Assembly: GCA_002269645.1 (NCBI GenBank)
Contig: NIVC01000419.1
Location: 62,001-126,000 of the forward strand
Reading direction: 5' to 3'
DNA: 64,000 nt
Source of the DNA: Macrostomum lignano
Taxonomy: Eukaryota
The number at the start of each line of letters is the position of its first letter. Within the stretch, counting starts at the first letter, position 1. The notes below the pieces were generated by a model. That model was not told where the DNA came from, did not search any database, and saw nothing but the letters and a program-made list of their open reading frames with translations. Below, piece after piece: positions 46,121 to 58,200 of the stretch. The translations under genes were made by a program, and so were the position numbers.

Positions 46121-47682
46121 TCGCAATCTCCTTTCTTTTACTTCTCATTATCAAGCGTGCTGTTCTACCAGAATCCTAACAACACTGATGCCAATACAGC
46201 AAGTGGGATAAAAAGTCCCTCGCTAATGCCGAGAAGTTCAAGAGACCATGTGTAGAGTGTTCTACCTCCCGTTAAAAAGGTAAAAAGAAGATAATCGTAT
46301 AATGCTACTATAAGTAAGTAGTACACGCATGTGCGCCTAAAGCTTTGAATGAATCAAGCTACCAGGAAAAGATGTTACCAGAAAAATACGCCATGAGCCA
46401 TTTTCCCCTTTTAGCGCAACACGTGAATTGTAATGTTGCTATTTTGGATAAAAAAAGTCGCCTATAAATACAAGCGGTCCGAAGCGGACCAGGAGCCAAC
46501 TCCCGACGAGAGGAGAAGCTCCGAAGAGGAAGCCTTAGGAGGACTTCCTGATCACCAAGTCAATCGAGACTCGGTCGAGTCGTTGCGGTAAGCCTTCCTT
46601 ATTTGCGCCCGTTGTGTTAGAGACGTCTCGCTCAAGTCTAGTGTGACTTGAGTCTAGTTGAGTCTGTTGAGACTCTTGAGTCTGTTTAGACTCCACTGGC
46701 TGCAGTCTCCAGAAGGACTGCCCCTGATAGATCTTAGGAGATTATCAGTGGTTTCCGGAGCTATACCTAGAGTGCATAGAGGCACTGCTAGAAGAAGGAG
46801 GCTTAATTCAAACCGCAGTTTGGCGCAGGGATCCCATTGTTAATTTGGAAGCTTCCCATTGGTCCGAGCAACAGAATCCGGCCGGAACTATTTGAAGAAA
46901 GAAAGAAGACTCGGACCCGACCTACGAGCGACAGTCAGAAGAGACTACAGACGAGATCTACCCGAGATCAACATTGAAGAGATATCTCATAAGGACTCAA
47001 GGTAATTGAATACCTTCTGTTGACTTACTGGGTGGCCTAGCTACTGAGCTAGAAGTGATTGTTCCTTGATTATCGAAAGTCGGGTAATAAGGAACACATC
47101 ACATGCAGCATCTTGAGGGTAAGCATGAACTCTGGCTGAAAGTGCAAGACTCGAAGGAAATTATGCGATCTTGACATTGAAACTTAGCGCTAAAAATGAG
47201 GCTTTCACTGAAATCAAGCAGGTAAAAAAACAATCGCTGCAAGAGTGTTCAAACTCAGAAGAAAGCTGCTATAAACTGGTGTTAGGTCAAGCAAAGAAAT
47301 CGTAAAAAGTGCGATAGTTGAGGACAGAATGCCAGGTTTAAGAATAGGCTCTGAGGCGAAGCGGTAAGGTTTTTTTCAGAAGGTAAAGGTAAACGGGCAG
47401 CTGTGACGCGCCATCATCAAGCTCGAGTGTCAGCTCGAATCGTCAAAGAAAGATTAAGATGGCTATAAAGCCATCGACGCATCTAAGCCCTGGGTTTCAT
47501 TTTTATAGAAAAGTCTAAAGGATATACTTGTTTCCAGGAATGCAACCAAATTTATTTAAAATACTGTGTCGCTTAAGTCATTCAAGTAATTTTGCTGTGC
47601 TTATTCTATAAATGCTCGTACTTGCGTCATAAAAATTAAATATACGGACTGTGGCCGAGACATTAAAAGCCAAGCGACGCTA

Positions 47683-47710
47683 GTAGTAGTAGAAGTAGTA
47701 GTAGTAGTAA

Positions 47711-47806
<96 letters not shown>

Positions 47807-47808
47807 AT
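47683..47808. repeat. (TAG)n microsatellite, about 41 units
   Basis: Direct reading; two interruptions. Confidence 0.97.
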
Positions 47809-48313
47809 GTAGTGTTTTTCTTCACTTTTCTAAGATTGGAGGTCGCACGCATTTTGCATTTAATTTTTTCGTTTTTGAAATAAATTTATTGACTGTCTGT
47901 TTGGAGCAAAAAAAGTTACGAACTATCTTTCATATTTAGTTTAGGACACAACATAATTTTTAAGCAACTTTTAACTTTTAACAACGATATGAAATTTACT
48001 AAGAAACTGAATTGATAAGAAACTAAATTTATTCTTTTCTGGTACGGCTCGCTCAGTGTGTGGAATTGCGTGTGATTGTACTGGCTCTGTACTTATGAGT
48101 CACCGCAGTGCAGTTTTAAGGTAGAGATTCTCGTACATTAAAAAACACAGTATATATGTACAATTCACACATTAATTTAGTCCCAGACCAGCGAAAATTC
48201 ATACGATACGCGGATACACGAACTACCCAAAACCGCTAAACCACGCGAGAGAATACTGTATTAAGAATTTGGCAGTCGGTTCTTCAAACTTTCAAAGCGG
48301 CACTTTGAGTAGC

Positions 48314-50720
48314 ATGAGCTCCAGCTGTGCAAATCATGGATCAGAATTATTAAACAGGATTGAGTCATTGACCATTCAGCTTGTAAAGGTTTTTGATGGC
48401 GATATAGTACCGGCAGAACCTTGCATCAGCACCACCTTGTGAGTTTTACTGGTTTAATTATCTAGTAAATGTTGCGTCAGCGTATTGTTTATGAATTTTT
48501 TTGTGTAGTTAATTCTGTTAATATGTGCTTTTTTACTACCTTAGGCTCAGCAGAACGTCTTCCTCACCAGGGCCTTGGGATTCTGAGTAAGTTTTTTGCA
48601 TTAGTCTACCTTATCTAAGTCTCTTTTCACATTTGAATAAAAGTGCAATTAATTCTACTTTTGAAACTATTGTTTTTCACCAACGATGGCTGATTTTCAG
48701 GCCATCTGCGGAGGAACCAATCGACATTTCAATTCCATCAATGAAAGAAGTGGCCACCGAGACAGTTGAATCAACAGAGCACGAATGCCTGTCACGAATT
48801 CGACAAGAGCGAGACGGATTGAAGGCTCAATGCTTAGGAATGGAGCAGTGCATTAATAAAATGGAAAATAAATTGAAGGAACTTGAAAGAATAAAACACA
48901 TCAACGGCTCACTGGAATCCCAGTTGAAGCGCGAAACTTGGCAAGTGACCACATTGCAGGCTTCAAAGCAAAACTTTGAAAAACAGTTGAAACAGTTGAC
49001 TCAGGAAAATCAGCTACTGAAGTCTCATATAGCTGACTTGTCGGCCCAATGTGATGAGAGCAGAAAAAATGCTGAGGAAGCTCAAGCTATGGCCGAGCAA
49101 TCAAATGCCAAACTGGCAGATTCGCATCAGTTGTGCGATGCACTACAAGAGGCTCTGAACCACAGCAAGACTCAACTGGAAGCCAAGGCAGCCTCTGAGC
49201 AGCAGCTGAGACGAGACTTCGAAGGCCTCAGCAGTCAAAGAGAAAGAGAAAACAATACTCTGCTCAAAAATAGTCAAGCCCTAAACAAGAGGAATACGGA
49301 CTTAGTTGCACGGCTTAAGGAGCGAGAGGAGGCTCTTCATCAATGTCGTCAGGCCAAGACGTCGTTGGAGTCAAAGATAGATCGTATGACTCAAGCTATG
49401 GAAAAACTGGAAACTGCCAAACAGAGTTTACAGCAGACCGCACAGAAGCTGAGAAAGGAAAATCAAATGCTTCAATCTCAGTTGCAGACTCTCAGTGACG
49501 TGAATAAAGTTTCTGAGCAGAATTTTGAAGAGTTGAGGAAAAAATTCAACAGTTTATTGACAGAATTTGAAAAGCAAGATGAGGCTCTTGTTAATGCAAA
49601 TAAGCTAAAGCAATCGCTGGAGACCGAAGTTAAGGAAAAGACGTTGGCCCTTGTTGAGCAAAAAAATTCGGAGAGCAGAATTCAAGCAGAATTAACGGAG
49701 GCCCGGTCGGTTGCTGGTGAATTAGAAAACAGGTTCACTGGGCTATGGAAGAACTATGAAGCTCAAACTAGATTCCTAAACCAAAGTAAAGAGTCTATAC
49801 TGTTGCTAGAAAGCCAGCTTAAAGATAAGGACTCAGTTTTGACGGAGCTGGAAATTAGGTGTCGAAATCTTCAAAAAGATTTGACGCAGGTTTGCTTAGA
49901 AAAGCAAAAGTTAAATTTGATACATAGCAGGCTATGCCGCGATAGTGAAGAAAAGATTCAGCAACTTCAAGCCAAGATTGAAAATATGGCCGAGAAAAAC
50001 CACGAGCTGCAGGATGAGCTGAATAAAGCTACACAGAACCTTGATCAAAAGACTGCTCTGGAGCGACAACTGAATCATACAATCGCCGCTCTGCATGAAA
50101 GACTCAACCGCCATGCTGAAGAATCGGACAACAGGCTGAAGGAAGCGACGCGAATTCAGAATGAGCTGTACGGGAAAGTTTGCCAACATCAGAATCTTAG
50201 ACAGAAATGCGAGAAGGAACTTGTTGCATTGAAGGTGCAACTGGAACGCAATAAACGTCAGTTGCATTCGACCCAAGATAGGATGCGACGAGCAGCTGCG
50301 TTGCTTTTCCATACAACTGATTGTGGACCCTCTGCTCAGCCTTTTAGGCCGGAAAGTACAAGAAAGAATTTCGAAAACCATGATGTTATGCAACAGGATA
50401 GTGAATTGTTGGTCGAGGACTTGGAGACACATTCTAGAAAACAGGAGGTGAAAACAAAACTGTTTCAGGTGCAGAATAGTCTAGAACAGGCAGTCCAACT
50501 CTTGCTGCTGTCGGCTGAACGCCTTCAACAATCGCAGGAAGTGGGAGATGAACTTCATCATTGTTCGGATGACTTGGAAACAGAAATGGATGCACTGAAG
50601 CAGCAGCTGCTTGAAGTCAAAAGACGACTTGGTAACGTCGTTGAGACATTTAAGTACGTGCGTCAACGACTCTGTGATGAACTGAACTCATCAACTGTCA
50701 TTGGGCAAAATGCTCACTGA
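48314..50720 (+). CDS. Coiled-coil family gene U6, full-length (3 exons, about 728 aa)
   Basis: Exons 48314-48438, 48545-48586 and 48701-50720, canonical phase-2 introns, no lesions. All other U copies align to subsets of it. Confidence 0.9.
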
Positions 50721-51443
50721 CTCGGGGCTACTCAAGAAAACTTACAATCTTGGCTGACAATCTTAAAACATCAATTCTGTTCGTGTTCATCCGACTAAGT
50801 TACTCCGGTTTCTTTAAGGATGTTTTCGATTGAAAAGTCAGAGATGCACTGTCTATCTGCAGTTCATTATGAGGCTACTCATGAACATTTACTCTGGAAC
50901 CAGAATCTTTTGGGAAAAGAAAAGGCAGAAAAATCTACACATATATGTGCTATCTGTAAATACTTTTGTTTGGAACCATCCTTATACAAATCTCTTAATT
51001 TATTTATATCTATCGACTGCGACAAATACTCGTAATTAAATGCGGGAAACAATTTTGTTGCTAGAATCACAATGCCACAATCAAGACGATGTTTTGAAGT
51101 CGTAATCCTTTAAATATCCTTTAAAGAAAAACCCTTTTTTGCGACGTCTGAAGCTGTTGAATTTCGGTTTTGCTTGTTATTTTTAGACTTACAAGCAGAA
51201 AGTGTTCCAAATCCAAATCACAGGATTTTTTGTGCCTTCGTAGCAGATATGATATTTTAAAATACATTTTCCTTTATGTTCGGTCAGATGAAAACAGGAA
51301 ATTACACTTGGAATGTCACTTCACTCGTTTTTTTCTGTCAATGCGTTAAATTACTTTTTTCGGATTTTCAAACTGGACTGCTGACTGACTTACTGCAGCG
51401 CCTGACCGCCACCCCAGAGTATTGGCAGAGCGGTTGACTTAAC

Positions 51444-52112
51444 GGTTTACCCCCGATTCGCCGAATCCCGATTTGCCGATTCCCTGCTCGCCGAATCCTG
51501 ATTCGCCTATTCCCGATTTGCCGAAATTCCTGATTTGCCGAAATTCCTGATTTGCCGAAATTCCTCATTTGCCGAATCCCGACTTGCCGATTTCCTGATT
51601 CGCCGAATTCCCGACTCGCCGAATTCACTATTAGGCCAATTCGTACTACGTCGAATCTCTGGTAATGCCTGTGCCTGTGGCTCCATTCTTTTCTTGAACG
51701 TTTTGTACATTTTTGCTTGTTATCATTTACTCTATTATTTCTTGAGTATTAGTATTAGTAAAGTCACTAAGAAATAGTAGAGTGAATGAAACAAGCAAAA
51801 TATACACAAGGTTCGAACAAAGAATGGCTTATCTATTAGCTAGCACAGGCCACAGGCATTACCAGAGATTCGACGTAGTACGAATTGGCCTAATAGTGAA
51901 TTCGGCGAGTCGGGAATTCGGCGAATCAGGAAATCGGCAAGTCGGGACTCGGCAAATGAGGAATTTCGGCAAATGAGGAATTTCGGCAAATAAGGAATTT
52001 CGGCAAATCGGGAATAGGCGACTCGGGAATTTCGGCGAACCAGGAATCGGCGAATCAGGATTCGGCGAGCTGGGAATCGGCAAATCGGAATTCGGCGAAT
52101 AGGGGGTAAACC
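51444..52112. mobile_element. Foldback MITE (Merlin-like termini)
   Basis: GGTTTACCCC...GGGGTAAACC with 8-bp TSD GACTTAAC (51436-51443, 52113-52120). Arms of about 240 bp are built from GCCGAA-core subrepeats around a ~170-bp AT-rich spacer. Superfamily inferred from GG termini and the 8-bp TSD. Confidence 0.85.
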
Positions 52113-52540
52113 GACTTAACAGCTCACTAAACAGTATACGAGTATACATGTAATAAAGCTTTCGTTTCCAGCAAAATGCTAGCTCGTATAAAGTACAATT
52201 TATTGAGTTTCGAAGTATTGGGTAGAATGCATAGACAGATACAGACGTACCAGTGTGCAATGGAACAGTGTACTCCGTATGGAACAGTGTACAAGACAGA
52301 GTTTCTTCTACCCTGCACTGGACCCTGGCTGTACAACAATGTACTCGTAGATAACGTACACGTCAAAAACTAAGGCTAAAAAGGAACTTTGCCGGAATTA
52401 TTTTGTTTTTTTCATGTATACACTTTAGGAATGCACCCACTAGCATAAAAAGTCTGCACAAACTCAGCTACCAATACCGACTGTGTTCTATCATTTTTGA
52501 AAGTTTGAAAGACTTGACTTACACAAATCATAACAGGAGG

Positions 52541-53825
52541 ATGATTGAATCACTGGTGAGCCAGTTGACCCAGTCGAATGACCTGATGAAATCTCAGTGA
52601 GTTAAATTTTATTTATATACCTTCATTTTCTAGTGATTTCTTTTCTATTATGACTCATTCAACTCTTTAGACTCGAGCAGCTGCGGAAGGAGTGTACAAA
52701 GCTGCAATCTGATTCAAGGTAAGTGAGATAGTTGCTATCACTACTGAACTTTTCTCTGCGACCTTAAAGCCGAATTGAATAGCTTTTTAACTTCTTAGAA
52801 ATTCGATTTTCAGTCTAAGAGCGCACACAAATGACACCCAGCAAAAGTTGGAGGAGATATTCGAATTCGAACGGAGACTCAGGCTCAAGGACATGCAACT
52901 GGAAGAGCAGTCTCGCACACTGCTGACTCTAGAAGCTCGGATATCCTCATTGGAAGCCGAGATTGAGAAGCAGAAGCAGAATTCTCGAAGCCTGAGTCAG
53001 CAGCGAGATGAAGCATTGGAGCTGGCAGAGCAGCTGCGACAGCGTCTGGACATGAATGACGGCAACGCAAATGGCGGTTCAGTGGATCCTGGGAGCAATG
53101 CTTTAGTATCGCAGAGCACTTCCGATGATGAAACCAGAGAAGTTGAAAGCCTCAGACAGCAGCTGCTCGAGTCCAATAAGAAGCGCGATGACATCATCAA
53201 AGTGGCCGAGCAGATGCGTCAGAGGCTTGAAGAAGAGTTGGGCAAAACACAGAATGCAAATATCGAGCTGCAGGAGCTGAGGCAGCGCAATGCTCAGCTT
53301 GATCAACTGAGACAGCAGTTAGAACAAGCAAACAGCAAGTTGTAGGACTCTGAGAAGTTTGCCGACGATTTACAAAGCTACTCTGACGGAGTTGATAGAG
53401 AACTTGAAAACGTGAGGCAACAGTTCACAGAGTGCAGCGAAAAGCGCGATGACCTCATCAAAGTGGCCGAGCAGATGCGTCAGAGGCTTGAAGAAGAGTT
53501 GGGCAAATCGGCGACTGCTCATACCGAGCTGGAGCAGTTGAAGCTTGAGCACGCAAAGCTGCGCAATGACTACTCAGGTATGGAGCGGACAATGACCGAA
53601 ATGCTGACTAGAGAGCACGAGTTGAACACGCAGCTGGCAGAGGCTCAGGGGAAACTGAGACAGGCTGAGGAAGCAATCGGATGGTTCAAGCAAGAGCTGC
53701 CTCGAAAAGATGGCGAAATCGCGAATCTGACTGATGAGGTTCACAAGCTGAGAGAGAGATCCAACACCCTGCTTGAGAACCTGGCGGCCCAGGAGCAGCT
53801 CAATAATTACCGGTCCGGAAACTAA
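52541..53825 (+). CDS. Coiled-coil family gene D (3 exons; in-frame TAG at 53343-53345)
   Basis: Exons 52541-52596, 52671-52718 and 52814-53825, phase-2 introns. The frame continues past TAG for about 160 codons. Internal duplication of KRDD(I/L)IKVAEQMRQRLEEELGK. The start is uncertain. Confidence 0.65.
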
Positions 53826-54295
53826 CAGAGCTCCATGAATCGTCATGGCGGTGGCAACGTGTAAATGATAATTTTTTCCAGTGGAAATTACAAGCTTATC
53901 TGGCGAATAGCAAATTTCAGGGATGTTTTTATTATTAAATAAAAATTAAATTATTGGTTATTTTATTATCAATGAATTTTTTGAAAAACGTGTCTTAATG
54001 ATCAAATACAAACGTAGTAGTTTTTCTTTACTGCCGCTCAACACTAGGCTATAAATCTCTGTTTTGATAAAAAATTTTGACTTATGCGGTTATTTAACCT
54101 ATCCTAGTCTAAATTTATGACAAGCCATTTTGCGTAAATAGAGCTTAAAGATGTAGCAGGACCTTTTACAGCGACGATGTATAATTTCGGGTTGGTGGTA
54201 CTCTAGCGTTTTGAAATTTCGGGCCTATGAAAGTGTCTTTCGACTCTGTGACAATACGGCATTTCGAAACACTCATATTCCGAGGACGGTGCCTT

Positions 54296-54636
54296 CAGGA
54301 CAGTGTCCCTAGGAAACTGCCCCTAAGACACTGCCCCTAGGACACTGCCCCTAGGACACTGCCCCTAGGACACTGCCCCTAGGACACTGCCCCTAGGACA
54401 CTGCCCCTAGGACACTGCCCCTAGGACACTGCCCCTAGGACACTGCCCCTAGGACACTGCCCCTAGGACACTGCCCCTAGGACACTGCCCCTAGGACACT
54501 GTTCCTAGGACACTGCCCCTAGGACACTGCCCCTAGGACACTGCCCCTAGGACACTGCCCCTAGGACACTGCCCCTAGGACACTGCCCCTAGAACACTGC
54601 CCCTAGGACACTGCCCCTAGAACACTGCCCCTAGGA
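54296..54636. repeat. 14-bp minisatellite (GACACTGCCCCTAG), about 24 copies
   Basis: Direct reading; the palindrome CCTAGG recurs at unit junctions. Confidence 0.95.
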
Positions 54637-55234
54637 AAGTTCCCGCAGGACATCCTTCAAAAGCTCCAGGAAAGCCAGCATCGACTGTGAACCAGTATCT
54701 CAACGCTCTCTGCATGCATACTATAATTGTCAATTAATAAAAATTGACACTTTTTGAGTTAGCACCCAGTTTTGTTAAAATGTACGCGCACATCGTACCT
54801 TGTTCTTGTACTCACTGAGGTTAACTTGGTGTAAGTATGGATAGGTGGAAACGAAATTACTGCACAAATTTCTATTGCAACTATTAACGAACGAGTTTGT
54901 TCATTGCTTTTGCAGCGTCAAAATGTCTACTCAAAGCAGACAGAAGCTCAAATAATGTGCGTTAGCAAACAGGTCCAACCGCTTAACTATTCGACCGAGT
55001 ACAGGTGTACAAGTACTCAAAGAAGGCGGTGCAGTCTGTAAAGGCAAAAAATGTTGTACACATAAAACTATAGTTTTTGACGCTAAAACTGTCTCCAGAT
55101 AACACTTAGAAAGCGGGGTTAAATAAATTAAAACACAAACTGCTCCGTTGACTGTCTTCTTTCGTAGCTGTTCTATAGAATTGACAAAATATTGTTTTAA
55201 AACTACACTAAGATTCAAGGACGCTGCCTTAGGA

Positions 55235-58200
55235 ATGAGCCATAACAGCAGCGATTCCCAATCTGACATCCTTGAATCATTAAGTTTGCAGCTGAAAGAG
55301 TTAAACAGTTCGAGTTTGCAACTATTCGATGCAAGGTAAGTAGCTTTCAATCCAATTCATAAAAATCGGTTACGACCGTAGTAAATGTATCAATAACATG
55401 ATGTAACAATATAAGTTATAGAAATATACACAATATTATTTAAATGCAAGCATTAATGGACAAGCCGTGTACCTCGCGGTTTAGGCTACTGGTTTTATAT
55501 TAAGGATTTTAAGTGGAGTTTACTGGTTTGAGATTTTGGTAGTTCGCTGCCACCAGGTTCCTGCTGTTCCCTAATTCTAGCTTTAGGCTTAAAGAACTCA
55601 GTCAGGACACCAATAAAGTTAGTTAAAACAAGTTTACTAAAAGAAGTAATTAAATGTTACGGTACAAAAGGTTGGTCTTCTTTTACAGTAACTCCCTATT
55701 TCCCTATGTGCTCTGGGCAAGACCCTTAATTAGTTTTAGAGGCAAGACTCCTCTGTTCAAGCCTAATTTATATCCCTTCTTTTACTTCCCCTTCTTACAC
55801 TTCCTTTCGTGAATTTTCTAAGTTAAATGTCCGAGGACGGGAGGAGATGCTTTCCCAAGAGCCCAACTGCTATGTAGTTCTAAAGGAATCCCAAAACTAG
55901 CGATTTTCCCCTACTCTAATTATTTCCCCGGGCTGAAGCTACTGATAGTAGGCAAAAAGCATATTTGAACCCACAATAATTCCCGTTCCTAAAATAATGC
56001 CCTACTACATTAATAAAAATCACTCTTCGAGTATTTAATCTCCTTTAGCATTGATTAGGGGGTTGTAGCCTTGTTTTTAGAGCGTCGAACTCGCGACTTG
56101 AAGGTAAGGGTTCGATTCCCTATCCCACTGAAACAATTTGTGCCAAGCTGTAAAATGGGTGCCAGCATTAGCTGGGGTAATTGAGGGTGTGTGTGGCGAC
56201 CCCCCCCCCCCCCAGTCATTGGCTGAAAAGCCGTACGCAGCCTTCAGATGCACCGCATGCACGATTGCTGCGGCTGAGCTGTCGGTTGCACATCTACTAT
56301 TATTAGCATTCGGCAATCTCTTAGCCATGACACATTCACCGAATCTTAAAAATTTCTTATTTATTAGTTCAATTTTAGTGAAAAACAGTTGATATAGTTT
56401 TTTTCCGAAAAATCAGTTGCCTATCCAGATAGACAGCCGCAAACAGTTGCCATTTTCGGATAAATGAGAGAAATTATACAGGGCTTCGTACTTACAGTAC
56501 TAGCTTAACAATTTCAAACCTTCCCGACATACAATGAGCAATTAAAAACATAAAATACTTGGTCTGGTAGTTTATAAAACTTGATTCACATCTGCATTAG
56601 CTTAATTTAAAAAAATATCAAGAAACGCAGTTTCTTGGAACTCAGTTTTCAAAAACAAAAATTTTCAGTGTTTCGACGTGTTTTATTGAGTTTCACTCAT
56701 TTCAGATTTCATATTTTAGAACCGAGCAGCCTGAGAACGAGCCGAAGCAGAAAATTTCCGATGCATTGAGCAACCTTGACTCATTTGAGTACGAGTAAGC
56801 TGCACTGGTTAACTTTTAACCCAGCGTCATCGCATTTTATCACCTATACTTCCACTTATTTTTCATTTTAGACAAAGACAAAAAAATCAGCATGCTCAGA
56901 ATTCCATGAGACAAGCAAGAGATGAAGGAAATGACACTGCAGTATCTGATTCGTTAAGGGAGCTTTCAGAGAAGCTCGAGAATCAACTTAAAATGAAAGA
57001 TTACCAGCTGGAGCAGCAAAGCCGCAAAATTCAAGATCTGCAATCAAGAATATCCTTTATGGAAGCTGAAGCTGAAAAGTTGCGACGCGATTCAACTGTT
57101 CAACGCGACGAGTCGATGCAGTTCACTAAGAAGCTTGGAAAGCGACTTAATATCGATGTGGGCAGCTTAGTCCCAACTGCCGAGCTGAGACCTAAAATGA
57201 ACCAGCCGAATCCACAGAGTTGTACCAAAGACAATCCTAGACAGATGCCGAAGGTGATGATGTCTGCTTGTATTTCCTCGCGATGTGAGGTGGAAAAATA
57301 TCCTGATGAGCCGATGTCCATCAACTTAGGGAAGATTGAAAGACGTAAGCAATTGACAAAATCCTTTCATTCTGAGCAACAGACTACACAACTGGCAGTT
57401 GATGGCAAGTTTCAAAAGGAAAAGCAGAAAGAACAAGTCGCTGATCTTGAAGCTAAAAACCTGAAACTACAAGCTGAAGTGACGCGATTGCAAGCGGAAA
57501 ATGATCGGTTAAAGACGTCGGAGACTCAAGTAACAGATCAGTCAACTGAATTCAAGAACGCTATTCAGAAAATAGAGTCCCTGGAAATGCAGCAGAAAGA
57601 ACACGCAGACGAACAAGAACGTCTATCAAAGCAGCTAGGTGAACTTGAAGCAAAAAATATTGGTCTAAAAGAAGAACTGCAACGACTACAAGAGAAAAAC
57701 AATCAGTTGAAGTCGTCCGAGGCTCATTTGACAGAGCTGAGCACTCAACAGCAGGAAGATATCCAGAATAGCGAGGCTTTGATCGAGCGACAGAAAGAAC
57801 AAATTGCTCGCGTTGAATCAAAAAATGTTGAAGAATTGAAGCGACTGCAAGAGGAGAACAATCAATTGAAAGTTTCTGAGACTCAGCTAAAAGAGCAGTG
57901 CACTAAGCTTCAAAGAGATATTCATGGTAGTAAGACTGTAATTGAGCAGCAGAAAGAACAGGTAGGTCAACTTGAAACCAAATACGTTGAGCTGCAAGAA
58001 GAACTGAAGCGACTGCAGAAGGACAACGATTTTTTAAAGTCATCAAAGACTCAAATGGAAGATCGGATCGCTGAATACAAGAAAGATATTCAAAGCAGCA
58101 ATACTCAGCTGGAGCAGCAGAAGGAACAAGTAGCTAATCTTAAAGAAAGAAACCTAAAACTACAAGCAGAACTGGATCAGTTGCACAATAATTACCATCA

